A DNA stretch of 24,605 bases from Clostridiaceae bacterium (GCA_016303035.1 JAEDML010000001.1:1-24605); one strand, 5' to 3'. Counted from the first letter of the stretch, positions 1 to 9,312 are shown. Numbers and translations: made by a program. The notes: a model not told the origin generated them from the letters alone.

Positions 1-26
1 ATACTATTTTTGCTCGAAAAAGTCAA
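1..26 (-). promoter_or_regulatory. Probable sigma-A promoter firing out of the left edge (-10 cut by the window)
   Basis: Minus strand reads TTGACT (26..21), a 17-nt spacer, then TAT (3..1) at the window end; lies just downstream of the uvrC stop. Confidence 0.5.
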
Positions 27-62
27 TACAATGCAGAATTTTGCAGAAAAAGGCAGCTAAAA

Positions 63-1910
63 TCATTGCCCGTTTCCGTGATAATATTCGTAAACCGCCC
101 TGGCTGACGGCTCTGTCATACCGTTTATTCTGACCAGCTCTTCAAAAGAAGCCGCCCTGATTTTTTCGGTTGTTCCGAAGCTTTTAAGCAGCAGCTTTGC
201 CCGCGTTTTTCCTATACCCGGAATACTGTTAAGCTCGCTGTTAAGCATTTTGGAGGTTCTGCGCTGTTTGTGGTAGCCTATTGCAAAACGGTGTACCTCG
301 TCCTGTATCTTTGTAATAAGCGTATATGCGCTGCGGTTGGATTTTACGGCTATATCTCCGCCAAACGAAGCGACAGCGCGCGTACGGTGCTTTGAATCCT
401 TAACCATGCCGAACATCGGAACACCTATTTTATACTTTTCTATTATCGGCTGAACCGCCGACATCTGCCCCTTTCCGCCGTCTAACAGTATAAGGTCCGG
501 CAAAACCGAAAAATATTCATCCTCGCCCTTTTCATATTCGGAGAATCGGCGGTCGAGCACCTCCGCCATTGAGCGAAAATCGTCCTGACCCGAAAAGCTT
601 TTGATTTTAAATTTTTTATAAGCGGCTTTAAAGGGTCTTCCGTCCTTAAATACGACCATACCCGCTACATTTTCACTGCCTGCTGTGTTGGAAATATCGT
701 AAGCCTCGATATATCTCGGAGGGCTTGAAAGTCCCAAAAGACTTGCAAGCTCGTTAAGTGCCGACATTTCACGGCCGCTTCGCTCGGTTTTGGAGGAAAG
801 GTTATCCGCCGCGTTATTTAGGCACATATCAAGCAGCTTTCTCTGCTCACCCTGTTTCGGAAGTATAAAGGCAACGCCTTTGCCGCTCTTTTCGGTAAGC
901 CATTTTTCGGTAAGTTCAATTCCGTCAAACTCGCAGTCTATAACGATTCGCGGCGGAATATCGGTCTTATCTTCATAATACTGCTGTAAAAATTCCGAAT
1001 AAAAGCTCGATTTATCCGAAACACCGTCGATAAAATAATGCTTTTTATCGGTTAGTCTGCTGTTCCTGAAAATAAATATTTCAACACAGGCAAGCTCACC
1101 TATCAGCGCCGAGGCTATGACATCCTCCGATTTATACGATGCCATAACCACCTTTTGCCTTTGGTTGATTTTATTTATGGCATTTATTCGGTCGCGAAGA
1201 CGCGCCGCAAGCTCAAAATCAAGCCGCTCTGCGGCAGATTCCATCTGGCTGCGCAGTCTGTTAACGGTGTCGGCGTCGGCTCCGCCGTGCTTTATGAAAT
1301 CCCTCGCAGAGCTTACGGTTTGAAGATAATCGGCAAGCGGAATATTTCCTCTGCACGGAGCGTCGCAAAGCCCGATATGATAATTAAGGCAGGGCTTTGT
1401 TACCGAATCGAAATTGCGGGTGCAGTCGGGCAATTTAAAGATTTTACGCACCTCGTCAACCGTTTCCTTTACAATATATCCCGAATTGTAGGGACCTATA
1501 TATTCCCCGTTATTATCGGTCATCTTTGCGGTTTCAATGCGTTTCCATTTATCGTTTGTAATTTTTATATAATGATAACCCTTATCATCCTTTAAAAGGA
1601 TATTGTATTTAGGCTGGTTTTGCTTTATAAGCGAGTTCTCGAGAATAAGCGCCTCAAATTCACTGTCACAGATTATATATTCAAAATCTTCAACGCTTGC
1701 AACCATCCGCCTTACCTTTTCGGTATGTCCGCTGCCGCTTCCGAAATACTGTGTAACGCGGTTTTTAAGAGCTTTTGCCTTTCCGATATATATAATTTTT
1801 CCGTCCTTATTTTTCATTATATACACGCCCGGATTAAGCGGAAGACGGTTTGCCTTTTTCTTTAACTCAGCAAGCTTTTGAGGGTCGGCATAATTATTCA
1901 GGGAACTCAC
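63..1910 (-). CDS. uvrC: Excinuclease ABC subunit C
   Basis: N-terminal GIY-YIG (PGVYIM..IIYIGKAKALKNRV), Cys cluster (CLNYHIGLCDAPC), UVR coil (AAERLDFELAARLRD), RNase H-like domain (EAYDISN, DLILLDGGKGQ, IQDEVHRFA), C-terminal HhH (IPGIGKTR). True start may be CTG at 1901. Confidence 0.97.
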   Translation of the reverse strand: MSSLNNYADPQKLAELKKKANRLPLNPGVYIMKNKDGKIIYIGKAKALKNRVTQYFGSGSGHTEKVRRMVASVEDFEYIICDSEFEALILENSLIKQNQPKYNILLKDDKGYHYIKITNDKWKRIETAKMTDNNGEYIGPYNSGYIVKETVDEVRKIFKLPDCTRNFDSVTKPCLNYHIGLCDAPCRGNIPLADYLQTVSSARDFIKHGGADADTVNRLRSQMESAAERLDFELAARLRDRINAINKINQRQKVVMASYKSEDVIASALIGELACVEIFIFRNSRLTDKKHYFIDGVSDKSSFYSEFLQQYYEDKTDIPPRIVIDCEFDGIELTEKWLTEKSGKGVAFILPKQGEQRKLLDMCLNNAADNLSSKTERSGREMSALNELASLLGLSSPPRYIEAYDISNTAGSENVAGMVVFKDGRPFKAAYKKFKIKSFSGQDDFRSMAEVLDRRFSEYEKGEDEYFSVLPDLILLDGGKGQMSAVQPIIEKYKIGVPMFGMVKDSKHRTRAVASFGGDIAVKSNRSAYTLITKIQDEVHRFAIGYHKQRRTSKMLNSELNSIPGIGKTRAKLLLKSFGTTEKIRAASFEELVRINGMTEPSARAVYEYYHGNGQ

Positions 1911-1942
1911 CTCCGTAAGGATAAAAAAATTACAAAATATGG

Positions 1943-1971
1943 TTGATTTTTGTCGAAAACAGTATTATTAT
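1943..1971 (+). promoter_or_regulatory. Candidate sigma-A promoter for the lipoprotein gene
   Basis: TTGATT (1943-1948), 17 nt, TATTAT (1966-1971), upstream of an AAGGGGG RBS-like element and ATG 2003. The region is AT-rich, so a chance match is possible. Confidence 0.4.
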
Positions 1972-2002
1972 AAGATAAAATAATGTATTAAGGGGGTATA
2001 TT

Positions 2003-2392
2003 ATGGAAAAAATTGTATGTCTGTGTTTTTGTTTGATTGTCATACTCAGCGCCTGTTGCGGCTGTTCCGGAATGACTATTAAGGGCAGTACCGATACAAC
2101 ATCAGACGCGCCCGTAACCGTTAATATGCCCACCGATAACAGCGTAAACGGATACCGCACATACGGCAATACAACCCCTGACGGAATTACCGTTATAAAT
2201 TCCGGTGTGAGTGAAAATTCGGAGGATACCGATTACTGCGGTGAATATGTTGCAAATACCAACAGCAAAAAATTTCATAAATCGAGCTGCAGCAGCGCTA
2301 AAAAGATGAATGAAGAGAATAAATATATTTCAAACAGCCGCGAAGATATGATATCCCACGGATATGAGCCCTGCAAACGGTGTAACCCTTAA
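2003..2392 (+). CDS. Small predicted lipoprotein with C-terminal Ada-type metal-binding domain
   Basis: Hydrophobic signal ending in a lipobox-like LSAC; T/S/N/D-rich linker; C-terminal YVANTNSKKFHKSSC...GYEPCKRCNP matches the Ada metal-binding-like module often found at the end of Firmicute nuclease/MBL proteins; followed by a terminator. Confidence 0.8.
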   Translation: MEKIVCLCFCLIVILSACCGCSGMTIKGSTDTTSDAPVTVNMPTDNSVNGYRTYGNTTPDGITVINSGVSENSEDTDYCGEYVANTNSKKFHKSSCSSAKKMNEENKYISNSREDMISHGYEPCKRCNP

Positions 2393-2400
2393 ATATGATA

Positions 2401-2447
2401 AAGCCGCCGAGAGATACGGTCTTCGGCGGCTTATGTTTTTATTTTTT
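2401..2447. terminator. Intrinsic terminator between convergent lipoprotein and transketolase genes, probably bidirectional
   Basis: AAGCCGCCGA (2401-2410) / TCGGCGGCTT (2423-2432) inverted repeat followed by a T-rich tract on +. Confidence 0.85.
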
Positions 2448-3386
2448 AAGAGCGATAGCCTTTTTAACCTTTTCGACAATATTCGGCGCGCGCAGACCGA
2501 ACTCGTCAAGCAGCTTCGGCGCAGGACCGGAATGACCGAATACATCGTTAACGCCGAGTTTGACTACCGGAACGGGGTATTCCTCGCATACGGCTTCGCT
2601 TACCGCTCCGCCAAGTCCGCCGATAACCGAATGCTCCTCAGCCGTTACAATAGCGCCCGTTTCCTTTGCCGCCTTTATTACTATATCCTTATCAAGCGGT
2701 TTTATGGTGGCCATATTAATTACTCTTGCGCTGATTCCCTCGTTTTTAAGCATTTCATACGCTTCAAGCGCTTCATTTACCATAAGTCCGGTAGCGATTA
2801 TTGTGACATCGTTTCCGTGTCTTAACTCTACGCCTTTTCCAACCTCAAACTTATAATCCTCGTCAAAAATAACCGGAACTGCAAGTCTGCCGAAACGCAT
2901 ATAAACAGGTCCGTCAAGCTCAATAGCCGCTTCAACGGCTTTTTTAGCCTCGACTTCGTCGGCAGGATTTATTATTGTCATACCCGGGATAGTACGCATA
3001 AGCGCTATATCCTCACAGCACTGGTGCGTAGCGCCGTCCTCTCCGACCGAAATTCCCGCATGGGTAGCGCCGATAATAACATTAAGATGCGGATAACCTA
3101 TTGAATTGCGAACCTGCTCGAAAGCCCGTCCTGCGGCAAACATTGCAAAGGAGCTTACAATAACCTTTTTGCCGGTTGCGGCTATACCGGCGGCAATACC
3201 CATCATATTTTGCTCGGCAATACCGCAATCGTAAAACCTGTCCGGAAACTCCTTTTTAAACATACCGGTCTGTGTAGCCGCGGCAAGATCCGCGTCCATT
3301 ACAATAAAATCGTCTCTTTTTCTTCCGAGCTCTACAAGCGCCGTACCGTAACCGACGCGCGTGGCAACCTTTTTAATATCTGACAT
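2439..3386 (-). CDS. Transketolase, C-terminal subunit (pyrimidine-binding and C-terminal domains)
   Basis: DADL, GIAEQNMMG, FAAGRAFEQVR, GEDGATHQ, GPVYMRFGR and EEHSVIGGLG motifs; GGAG RBS. Confidence 0.95.
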   Translation of the reverse strand: MSDIKKVATRVGYGTALVELGRKRDDFIVMDADLAAATQTGMFKKEFPDRFYDCGIAEQNMMGIAAGIAATGKKVIVSSFAMFAAGRAFEQVRNSIGYPHLNVIIGATHAGISVGEDGATHQCCEDIALMRTIPGMTIINPADEVEAKKAVEAAIELDGPVYMRFGRLAVPVIFDEDYKFEVGKGVELRHGNDVTIIATGLMVNEALEAYEMLKNEGISARVINMATIKPLDKDIVIKAAKETGAIVTAEEHSVIGGLGGAVSEAVCEEYPVPVVKLGVNDVFGHSGPAPKLLDEFGLRAPNIVEKVKKAIALKK

Positions 3387-3400
3387 TACCGAATTCTCCT

Positions 3401-4237
3401 TTACTGCAACGCTTTAAGCGCGGCGTTAAGCTCGCTTACAGCCTGTTCATACAATTCATCGTTAGGCGCGGCGCCGTGCCAGTTTACTGCGTTTTCCATA
3501 TAGGAAACACCCTTGCCCTTGACCGTATTGGCAATAATTGCAACCGGCTTGTCCACCGTTTCGGCTTCCTTTAAGGCCGCTTCTATCTGCTCAAAATCGT
3601 GACCGTCGATAACTATGGTGTGCCAATTAAAGGCTTCAAACTTTTTATCTATCGGCATTGCTGAATTTACCTCTTCAATAGTGCCGTCTATCTGAAGATT
3701 ATTATAGTCGACAAACGCTGTGAGATTTGAAAGTTTTTTATTGCCTGCAAACATTGCGGCTTCCCAAACCTGACCTTCCTCGATTTCTCCGTCACCGAGA
3801 ACGGTATAAACATTGAAGCCGTTTCCGAAATGCTTTGATGAAAGCGCCATTCCTACCGCCGCCGAAATGCCCTGACCGAGCGAGCCTGAGGACATATCAA
3901 CGCCCGGTATATGCTTCATATCAGGGTGACCCTGAAGTATGGAGCCGATGTTTCTGAGCTTATTAAGCTCGGAAACATCGAAATATCCGCGGTTGGCAAG
4001 CACCGAGTAAAGCGCCGGCGCGGCGTGCCCTTTGGAAAGTACAAATCTGTCCCTGTTTTCCGCCTTAGGATTTTTGGGGTCTATATTCATATGCTTAAAA
4101 TACAGATATGTTAAAATATCGGCACAGGAAAGCGAACCGCCGGGGTGCCCTGATTTTGCGCTGTGTACCCCCTCTATTATTCCGATTCTGACCTTGCAGG
4201 CAGTTTTTTCAAGCTCTCTTTTTTCTGCTGCGTCCAT
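3401..4237 (-). CDS. Transketolase, N-terminal TPP-binding subunit
   Basis: SGHPGGSLS, RDRFVLSKGH, LQGHP, GSLGQG, TPP motif GDGE..EG.....N, TVKGKG. Confidence 0.95.
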   Translation of the reverse strand: MDAAEKRELEKTACKVRIGIIEGVHSAKSGHPGGSLSCADILTYLYFKHMNIDPKNPKAENRDRFVLSKGHAAPALYSVLANRGYFDVSELNKLRNIGSILQGHPDMKHIPGVDMSSGSLGQGISAAVGMALSSKHFGNGFNVYTVLGDGEIEEGQVWEAAMFAGNKKLSNLTAFVDYNNLQIDGTIEEVNSAMPIDKKFEAFNWHTIVIDGHDFEQIEAALKEAETVDKPVAIIANTVKGKGVSYMENAVNWHGAAPNDELYEQAVSELNAALKALQ

Positions 4238-4241
4238 CTTA

Positions 4242-5075
4242 TCAACCCTTTCTGATTTTTGTCAAATAATCTATAAAATCGGCTACGGCGCCGTCCCTGC
4301 AGGTACCGGCGATAAAATCGGCATATGCCTTTATATCGTCGGGAGATTCTGACGGTACAGCGCTTATATCCGCTTTTTTTATCATTTCAAGGTCGTTGTA
4401 ATAGTCGCCTATTGCAAAAAAACCGCCCTTTTTAATTTTTTGTATTTTGCAAAGCTCTAACAGTCCCGAAGCCTTGTTTATTCCCACGGGTGTCTGCTCG
4501 TAATAATTTCGCTTTCTGCCGTAAAGGGTGGCTGAGGTATCTACAAAATCCGAGTGTGTTTTACATGCGGAAATTATCTCCTTTGTTTTTAAACGGCTCT
4601 TTTCTTCGGAAAAAAGATATAAAACCTTATTCCAATTATATCGGCATGCTTCTTCAAAGCTGACAACTTGTGAAGACAGTTCCTCGTAACGCTGGTGGTC
4701 GTCGGTTTCCGCGGTCTGCCTTAAAACAAGGACATCGCTTCCGCTGTGAATTTCAATGCCTACCTCCGGCAGGTAATTAAAAACGGTTTCGGCAATACGG
4801 TAATCCGCTTTGTCTATGCATTTTTCGCTTAGAATCTTTTGCCTCTCAAAATCATAAATCATACAGCCGTTTGCCACGACCGACGGAGATACCGATTTAA
4901 GCGCGCGAAGAACAGTGCTCACCGCGCCGACCGTTCTGCCGGTTGCAAGTGAAAAAAATCCGCCCTCGCTCATAAAAAAATCTATCTTCTCAACATTACG
5001 CGGATTTATATAACCGTTAATCAAAAGTGTACCGTCAATATCGCAGGCGAGAATACATCCGTCAAACAATCCCAT
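4242..5075 (-). CDS. Cof-type (subfamily IIB) HAD phosphatase
   Basis: Motif I DIDGTL, ATGR, NG, lysine in INKASG, GDYYND. Start moved to ATG 5075 (MGLFDG), which overlaps the upstream stop as TAATG. Confidence 0.9.
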   Translation of the reverse strand: MGLFDGCILACDIDGTLLINGYINPRNVEKIDFFMSEGGFFSLATGRTVGAVSTVLRALKSVSPSVVANGCMIYDFERQKILSEKCIDKADYRIAETVFNYLPEVGIEIHSGSDVLVLRQTAETDDHQRYEELSSQVVSFEEACRYNWNKVLYLFSEEKSRLKTKEIISACKTHSDFVDTSATLYGRKRNYYEQTPVGINKASGLLELCKIQKIKKGGFFAIGDYYNDLEMIKKADISAVPSESPDDIKAYADFIAGTCRDGAVADFIDYLTKIRKG

Positions 5076-5983
5076 TATTTTCTGCATTCCTTTAAAAATT
5101 CGGTAAAGTATTCGGGAAGCGGTGAAGAAAACTCCATATACTCCCCCGTAGTCGGATGTATAAATCCGATTTTGCGTGCGTGAAGGCACTGTCCGTTAAG
5201 CGATTTTATAACCTTTTTAGGTCCGTAAACATCATCGCCCGCCACAGGGTGCCCGATATATGCCATGTGTACCCTTATTTGGTGGGTTCGTCCCGTTTCA
5301 AGCCGCAGCCGTACATGGGTAAAGCCGTTAAGTCTTTCAAGCACCTCATAGTGCGTAACGGCGTTTTTTGCATTTTTATCGGTCACCGCCATTTGCTTGC
5401 GCTTTACGGGGTGTCTCCCGATAGGGGCGTTCACCGTACCGCTCTCGCATTTAATATTGCCGTAAACCACCGCTTCATACTCGCGCGTAAAGGAATGTTC
5501 CTTGATTTGCTCTGCGAGCTTTTTGTGAGCGTTATCATTTTTTGCGACAATAAGCAATCCGCTTGTGTTTTTGTCTATACGGTGGATAATGCCGGGTCTC
5601 ATAACACCGTTTATACCCGAAAGCGAATCTCCGCAATGCCACATAAGCGCGTTTACCAGCGTTCCGCTGTAATTGCCTGCCGCCGGATGTACAACCATAC
5701 CCTTAGGCTTGTTGACAACCAACAATTCGCCGTCCTCATAGACTATATCAAGCGGAATATTCTCCGCCGCGGCGGTGTATGCCGTAGGCTTTGGAATACT
5801 TATACAAACATTGTCGCCCGTTTTAAGCCTTGTTTTTTTATCGGCAGTATTACCGTTTACGGTTACAAAACCCTGTTCAATAAGTGACGCCGCACGCGAC
5901 CTCGTCACATCTGCGGCGGCAGCTACGAATACATCCAGTCTCTGCCTTATGCCCTCGGTAAATACACAGTTAAACTCAAGCAT
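5075..5983 (-). CDS. rluD: RluA/RluD-family RNA pseudouridine synthase with S4 domain
   Basis: RLD..S4 N-terminus, VVNKPKGMVVHP, catalytic HRIDKNTSG, LETGRTHQIRVH, LHA; classic position downstream of lspA. Confidence 0.92.
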   Translation of the reverse strand: MLEFNCVFTEGIRQRLDVFVAAAADVTRSRAASLIEQGFVTVNGNTADKKTRLKTGDNVCISIPKPTAYTAAAENIPLDIVYEDGELLVVNKPKGMVVHPAAGNYSGTLVNALMWHCGDSLSGINGVMRPGIIHRIDKNTSGLLIVAKNDNAHKKLAEQIKEHSFTREYEAVVYGNIKCESGTVNAPIGRHPVKRKQMAVTDKNAKNAVTHYEVLERLNGFTHVRLRLETGRTHQIRVHMAYIGHPVAGDDVYGPKKVIKSLNGQCLHARKIGFIHPTTGEYMEFSSPLPEYFTEFLKECRK

Positions 5984-6488
5984 TATCGCTGTTTTCGGCG
6001 GCGGAGATATGCTTTTTGCGGCGCCTGTCGTTCACCGTTTCAATAATGAAATACAGTATTAAAAGCCCTGCGCCGACGACAATTGCACAATCGGCAATGT
6101 TGAAAACCGGAAAATTAGGCATAAATGTAAAATGCAGAAAATCTATTACATTGCCGTCTCGGAAAATTCTGTCGATAAGATTGCCGATACCGCCGAACAT
6201 AACAAGGGTCACAGCCCAAAACATAAGCTTGTTTTTTAAACCTACCTTTAAAAGCATGGCGATACAGACAAGCATAATTACAATCGTAACCGAAAGCAGA
6301 ACCCAGGTGTAACCGCTGAGCATTCCCCATGCTCCGCCCCTGTTATGAATATAGGTTATATCAATAAAACCTTTTAAAAAGTCATGTGATTCTGCAAGTG
6401 TGTAGTTTGCGGCAATATACGCCTTGGTATACTGGTCTGCGCAGAGAACCGCTATGCCGCATACAACGGCAAGAATGTAAGAAATCAA
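5976..6488 (-). CDS. lspA: Lipoprotein signal peptidase II
   Basis: DQYTK, NRGGAWG, GGIGNLIDR, VIDF and FNIAD motifs; four hydrophobic segments; TTG start after GGAGG. Confidence 0.96.
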   Translation of the reverse strand: MISYILAVVCGIAVLCADQYTKAYIAANYTLAESHDFLKGFIDITYIHNRGGAWGMLSGYTWVLLSVTIVIMLVCIAMLLKVGLKNKLMFWAVTLVMFGGIGNLIDRIFRDGNVIDFLHFTFMPNFPVFNIADCAIVVGAGLLILYFIIETVNDRRRKKHISAAENSDNA

Positions 6489-6500
6489 GCGAAATCCTCC

Positions 6501-7265
6501 TTAAATCGGCTCGGTCGTATCGGCAACCATAAAGCCTGTTTCGGGTTCCTTGTTTTCGTAAGAATCTGTATCGTTCTGCAAATTATCGGCAAGAGTATCG
6601 GTATTTACACCGTCGGCCTTTTTTATAAAAGCGTTTATATCCGGCTCCTTGTCAAACGCTTCGGTAATAAGTCCCGATATATGCTTTGGATCCATAGGAA
6701 CGCTGTCGGGCAGTTTTTGAAGCATTTCAAGATGTTCCTTATAGGTTTTGGTTATATCCGCCTTAAAAGCGGCAACCTCCATTTTAAGCCTGTCAAAAAG
6801 CGCCTGCTGTCTTGCAACGCTGTCCTCTGTTGCCGCGGCTATACTGTCGGTCTTTGCCTTGGCAATCTTTATTTTCTCGTCAAGCTCTTTTTGGAGATTC
6901 GATTTACGCTCGCCCGCCTTGATTTCAAAGGCTGTGGCAAGCTCCTTTTCCTGCGCCGTGATTACGGCAATGCTCGACTCCGCCTTTTTCACTATATCGG
7001 CGCTCTTCTCCTTTGCCTCGTCGACAATCTGGTCGGCAAGCTTCTGGGCGCTTAACAAAACATTTTGAATACTGTTCTGCGAACCCTTATAACTCTCAAT
7101 TTCAGAATTAAGAGAGTCAATTTTCCCCTGCAATTCCTTTACGGTGCGTTCAAACTGGAGATAATCCGCCTCGATTTTATCGAGCAGAACATCTACCTCC
7201 TCCTGCTTGTAACCGCCCATGGATTTTGAAAATTTTACATTTCTGATATCTGAAGCGCTTAACAT
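6501..7265 (-). CDS. divIVA: DivIVA-family cell division protein
   Basis: MLSASDIRNVKFSKSMGGYKQEEVD N-terminal DivIVA domain, coiled coil with LLSAQKLAD; directly downstream of ylmH; GGAGG RBS. Confidence 0.88.
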   Translation of the reverse strand: MLSASDIRNVKFSKSMGGYKQEEVDVLLDKIEADYLQFERTVKELQGKIDSLNSEIESYKGSQNSIQNVLLSAQKLADQIVDEAKEKSADIVKKAESSIAVITAQEKELATAFEIKAGERKSNLQKELDEKIKIAKAKTDSIAAATEDSVARQQALFDRLKMEVAAFKADITKTYKEHLEMLQKLPDSVPMDPKHISGLITEAFDKEPDINAFIKKADGVNTDTLADNLQNDTDSYENKEPETGFMVADTTEPI

Positions 7266-7277
7266 AGGTAATTCCTC

Positions 7278-8012
7278 CTATATGTATTTTTTGAAATTTA
7301 TAATAACTCTGCCCTTTCTTGTGTGTTCGGAAACAGCGTCAATTATATATTTTCCCCTGCCTCTGACGGTAATTTTATCCCCGTCCGATATACATTTGGT
7401 TAGTTTATTACAGCAAAGCGAGTTTACAAAGACAAGATCATTTTCTATCAGCTCTGCCGCGCGGGAACGCGAAACTCCCGTAAGCGCCGCCACAGCGCAG
7501 TCAAGCCGCAAAGACGCCGCGGTTACAGTAAAATCCGCAAGTGTACCCCTGCTCGGCAAAGGTTCCGAAAAACCCTCCGTTACGGTTACGCCGACCTTGC
7601 CTATTTTGGTTATCTGTTCGGTAATATACCGCAATACATCCTCGGTGACAAAGACAACCGCCCTGCCGTCCTCAACAAGAATATCGCCTACCGATTCACG
7701 CGTTATTCCGAGTGCCATGAGCGAGCCTAAAAAATCCCTGTGCGAAAGCTTATCGCTCACCCTGTAGCGGAAGGTTAGCGGCACAATAGGAAAATCGGGA
7801 TTATCGCACCAATCTGGCAGGCAGGCAAGAAACTGCCGCTCGGCGCCGCCATATCCGCCGTAAAACAAATATTTAGCGCACTGCTTTTTTAGGATAGAAT
7901 CGGCAATCGCGGCCTCCTGCGGAGTTAGAAAGCCTAAAAACTTAGGCGCTTTATTGCGCGCACTATGGCAGACCGCGTCATCTACTCTCGCCGTAAAAAA
8001 TTCGGAATCCAT
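7278..8012 (-). CDS. ylmH: YlmH/Sll1252-family S4 RNA-binding protein
   Basis: FLTPQE, GGYGGAER, LSHRDFLGSLMALGITRESVGDI, SLRLD, GDKITVRGRG. Confidence 0.93.
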   Translation of the reverse strand: MDSEFFTARVDDAVCHSARNKAPKFLGFLTPQEAAIADSILKKQCAKYLFYGGYGGAERQFLACLPDWCDNPDFPIVPLTFRYRVSDKLSHRDFLGSLMALGITRESVGDILVEDGRAVVFVTEDVLRYITEQITKIGKVGVTVTEGFSEPLPSRGTLADFTVTAASLRLDCAVAALTGVSRSRAAELIENDLVFVNSLCCNKLTKCISDGDKITVRGRGKYIIDAVSEHTRKGRVIINFKKYI

Positions 8013-8497
8013 TAAAAATACATTTTGCCTTCGTCAATATCGTCAAGCATAAGCTCGCCCATAACATCAACATCAAACGGCACTATAATAAATGTGCTGT
8101 TTGCCACCTTTTTAATATTTCCCTTGTTGGCATAGGCAACGCCGCTTAAAAAGTCGATTATACGGCGTGAGACCTCGCGGTTGGCGGCTTCGAGATTCAA
8201 AACCACCGTCTTTTTATCGTTAAGATGGTCGGCGATTGAGGAAACATCCTCAAACCTGTCCGGCTTTACAAGCACAACCTGCATCTGAGATTGGTTAAAG
8301 CTTACCGTCTTTGCATTTCTGCCGCCGCCGAGTACCCTCGGTGAAGAATCGCTCTTCTTAGCCGAAGAATAACTCTCGGTCTTTACTTTCTTTTTAGGCT
8401 CCTGCTCGCGCTCGGCCTCTTCCTCCTCGAACTCGTCCTCAAACTCGTCCTCTTCGGGAATACTCATAATATTCTTAATGCTGTCTAAAAGTCCCAT
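8012..8497 (-). CDS. sepF: Cell division protein SepF
   Basis: Amphipathic N-terminal helix MGLLDSIKNIM, acidic linker, IADHL..VVLNLE..RRIIDFLSGVAYA..FIIVP core. Confidence 0.95.
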   Translation of the reverse strand: MGLLDSIKNIMSIPEEDEFEDEFEEEEAEREQEPKKKVKTESYSSAKKSDSSPRVLGGGRNAKTVSFNQSQMQVVLVKPDRFEDVSSIADHLNDKKTVVLNLEAANREVSRRIIDFLSGVAYANKGNIKKVANSTFIIVPFDVDVMGELMLDDIDEGKMYF

Positions 8498-8592
8498 TTT
8501 AATACTCCTTTGCGGGTTTATTTTTAATAATTACAGAATACGAAAGCAACGCAGATTTGCGTTATTTCTGCACCAAAGTTGCGGTAAAACAG

Positions 8593-9312
8593 TTAACTTT
8601 CGGCATTGTAAATTCTTTTGCCGAAAAGCGCCGTGCCTACGCGAACAATATTGGCGCCCTCCTCAATGGCAACTGCGTAATCGTCCGACATTCCCATTGA
8701 GAGCATATTTATATTACTATTATCTATTTTTTTATGCGATATGTCAATAAACAGATTATACATTTTTCGGAAATATTTGCGATTTTCCTCAGGCTCATTG
8801 CACACAGGCGGTATTGCCATAAGTCCCCTGATGTTTATACCGTCCATTTTTGCTATCTCCACGGCCGATTCGGTTACCGAATCGGGAGTAAAACCCGACT
8901 TGCTTTCTTCAAGCCCTATATTGACTTCAAGCAAAATATCTATTTTCTTATCGGCCTTAATCGCCTGCTTTGAAATTTCCCTTGCAAGACGCAAAGAATC
9001 CACCGATTCAATCATTTCAACCTTATCTATAATATCTCTGACCTTGTTGGTCTGCAAATGTCCGATAAAATGCCTGTGTACGGGAGCTATATGCTCCTCC
9101 TTGCTTAAAAATTCCTGAACGCGGTTTTCGCCTATATACTCTATGCCTGATTTTATTGCATAATTTATGGTGTCACAGTCAACGGTTTTGGTAGCGGCGA
9201 GCAAAATTATATCTTCGGGCTTTCTGCCGGATTTTTCGGCGGCGGCAACAATCCTTTTCTTTACCTGTGCATAATTAAGGTCAAATTCATCAGCCGACAA
9301 TTTTTCCATCAT
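8593..9312 (-). CDS. yggS: YggS/PLPBP (YlmE) pyridoxal phosphate homeostasis protein
   Basis: ATKT (PLP lysine), GENRVQE, HFIGHLQTNK, GLMAIP, LSMGMSDDY, VRVGTALFG. Confidence 0.96.
   Translation of the reverse strand: MMEKLSADEFDLNYAQVKKRIVAAAEKSGRKPEDIILLAATKTVDCDTINYAIKSGIEYIGENRVQEFLSKEEHIAPVHRHFIGHLQTNKVRDIIDKVEMIESVDSLRLAREISKQAIKADKKIDILLEVNIGLEESKSGFTPDSVTESAVEIAKMDGINIRGLMAIPPVCNEPEENRKYFRKMYNLFIDISHKKIDNSNINMLSMGMSDDYAVAIEEGANIVRVGTALFGKRIYNAES

Noticed and set aside
32..52. TGCAGAATTTTGCA near-palindrome / CodY-like sequence
   Set aside because: About four mismatches to the CodY consensus, and the downstream gene is outside the window.
1911..2002. LexA/SOS box upstream of uvrC
   Set aside because: No GAAC-N4-GTTC match found.
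1930..2169. 79-aa minus-strand ORF upstream of uvrC
   Set aside because: Antisense to the lipoprotein gene and its promoter; no motif.
2439..4237. Transketolase split into two ORFs as a possible pseudogene
   Set aside because: Two-subunit transketolases are normal in Clostridia; both halves have intact motifs and the second has its own RBS.
5076..5189. N-terminal extension of the HAD ORF
   Set aside because: Overlaps the pseudouridine synthase 3' end; HAD motif I follows the TAATG-coupled ATG at 5075.
5156..5887. 243-aa plus-strand ORF, and the many other plus-strand ORFs opposite uvrC, tkt, divIVA, ylmH, mutL, mutS, miaB, serA and serC
   Set aside because: Fully antisense to well-supported genes, with no recognisable motifs or RBS; typical shadow ORFs.
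8430..8452. AACTCGTCCTC tandem repeat in sepF
   Set aside because: Only encodes EDEF twice in the acidic linker; two copies, not a contingency locus or CRISPR.
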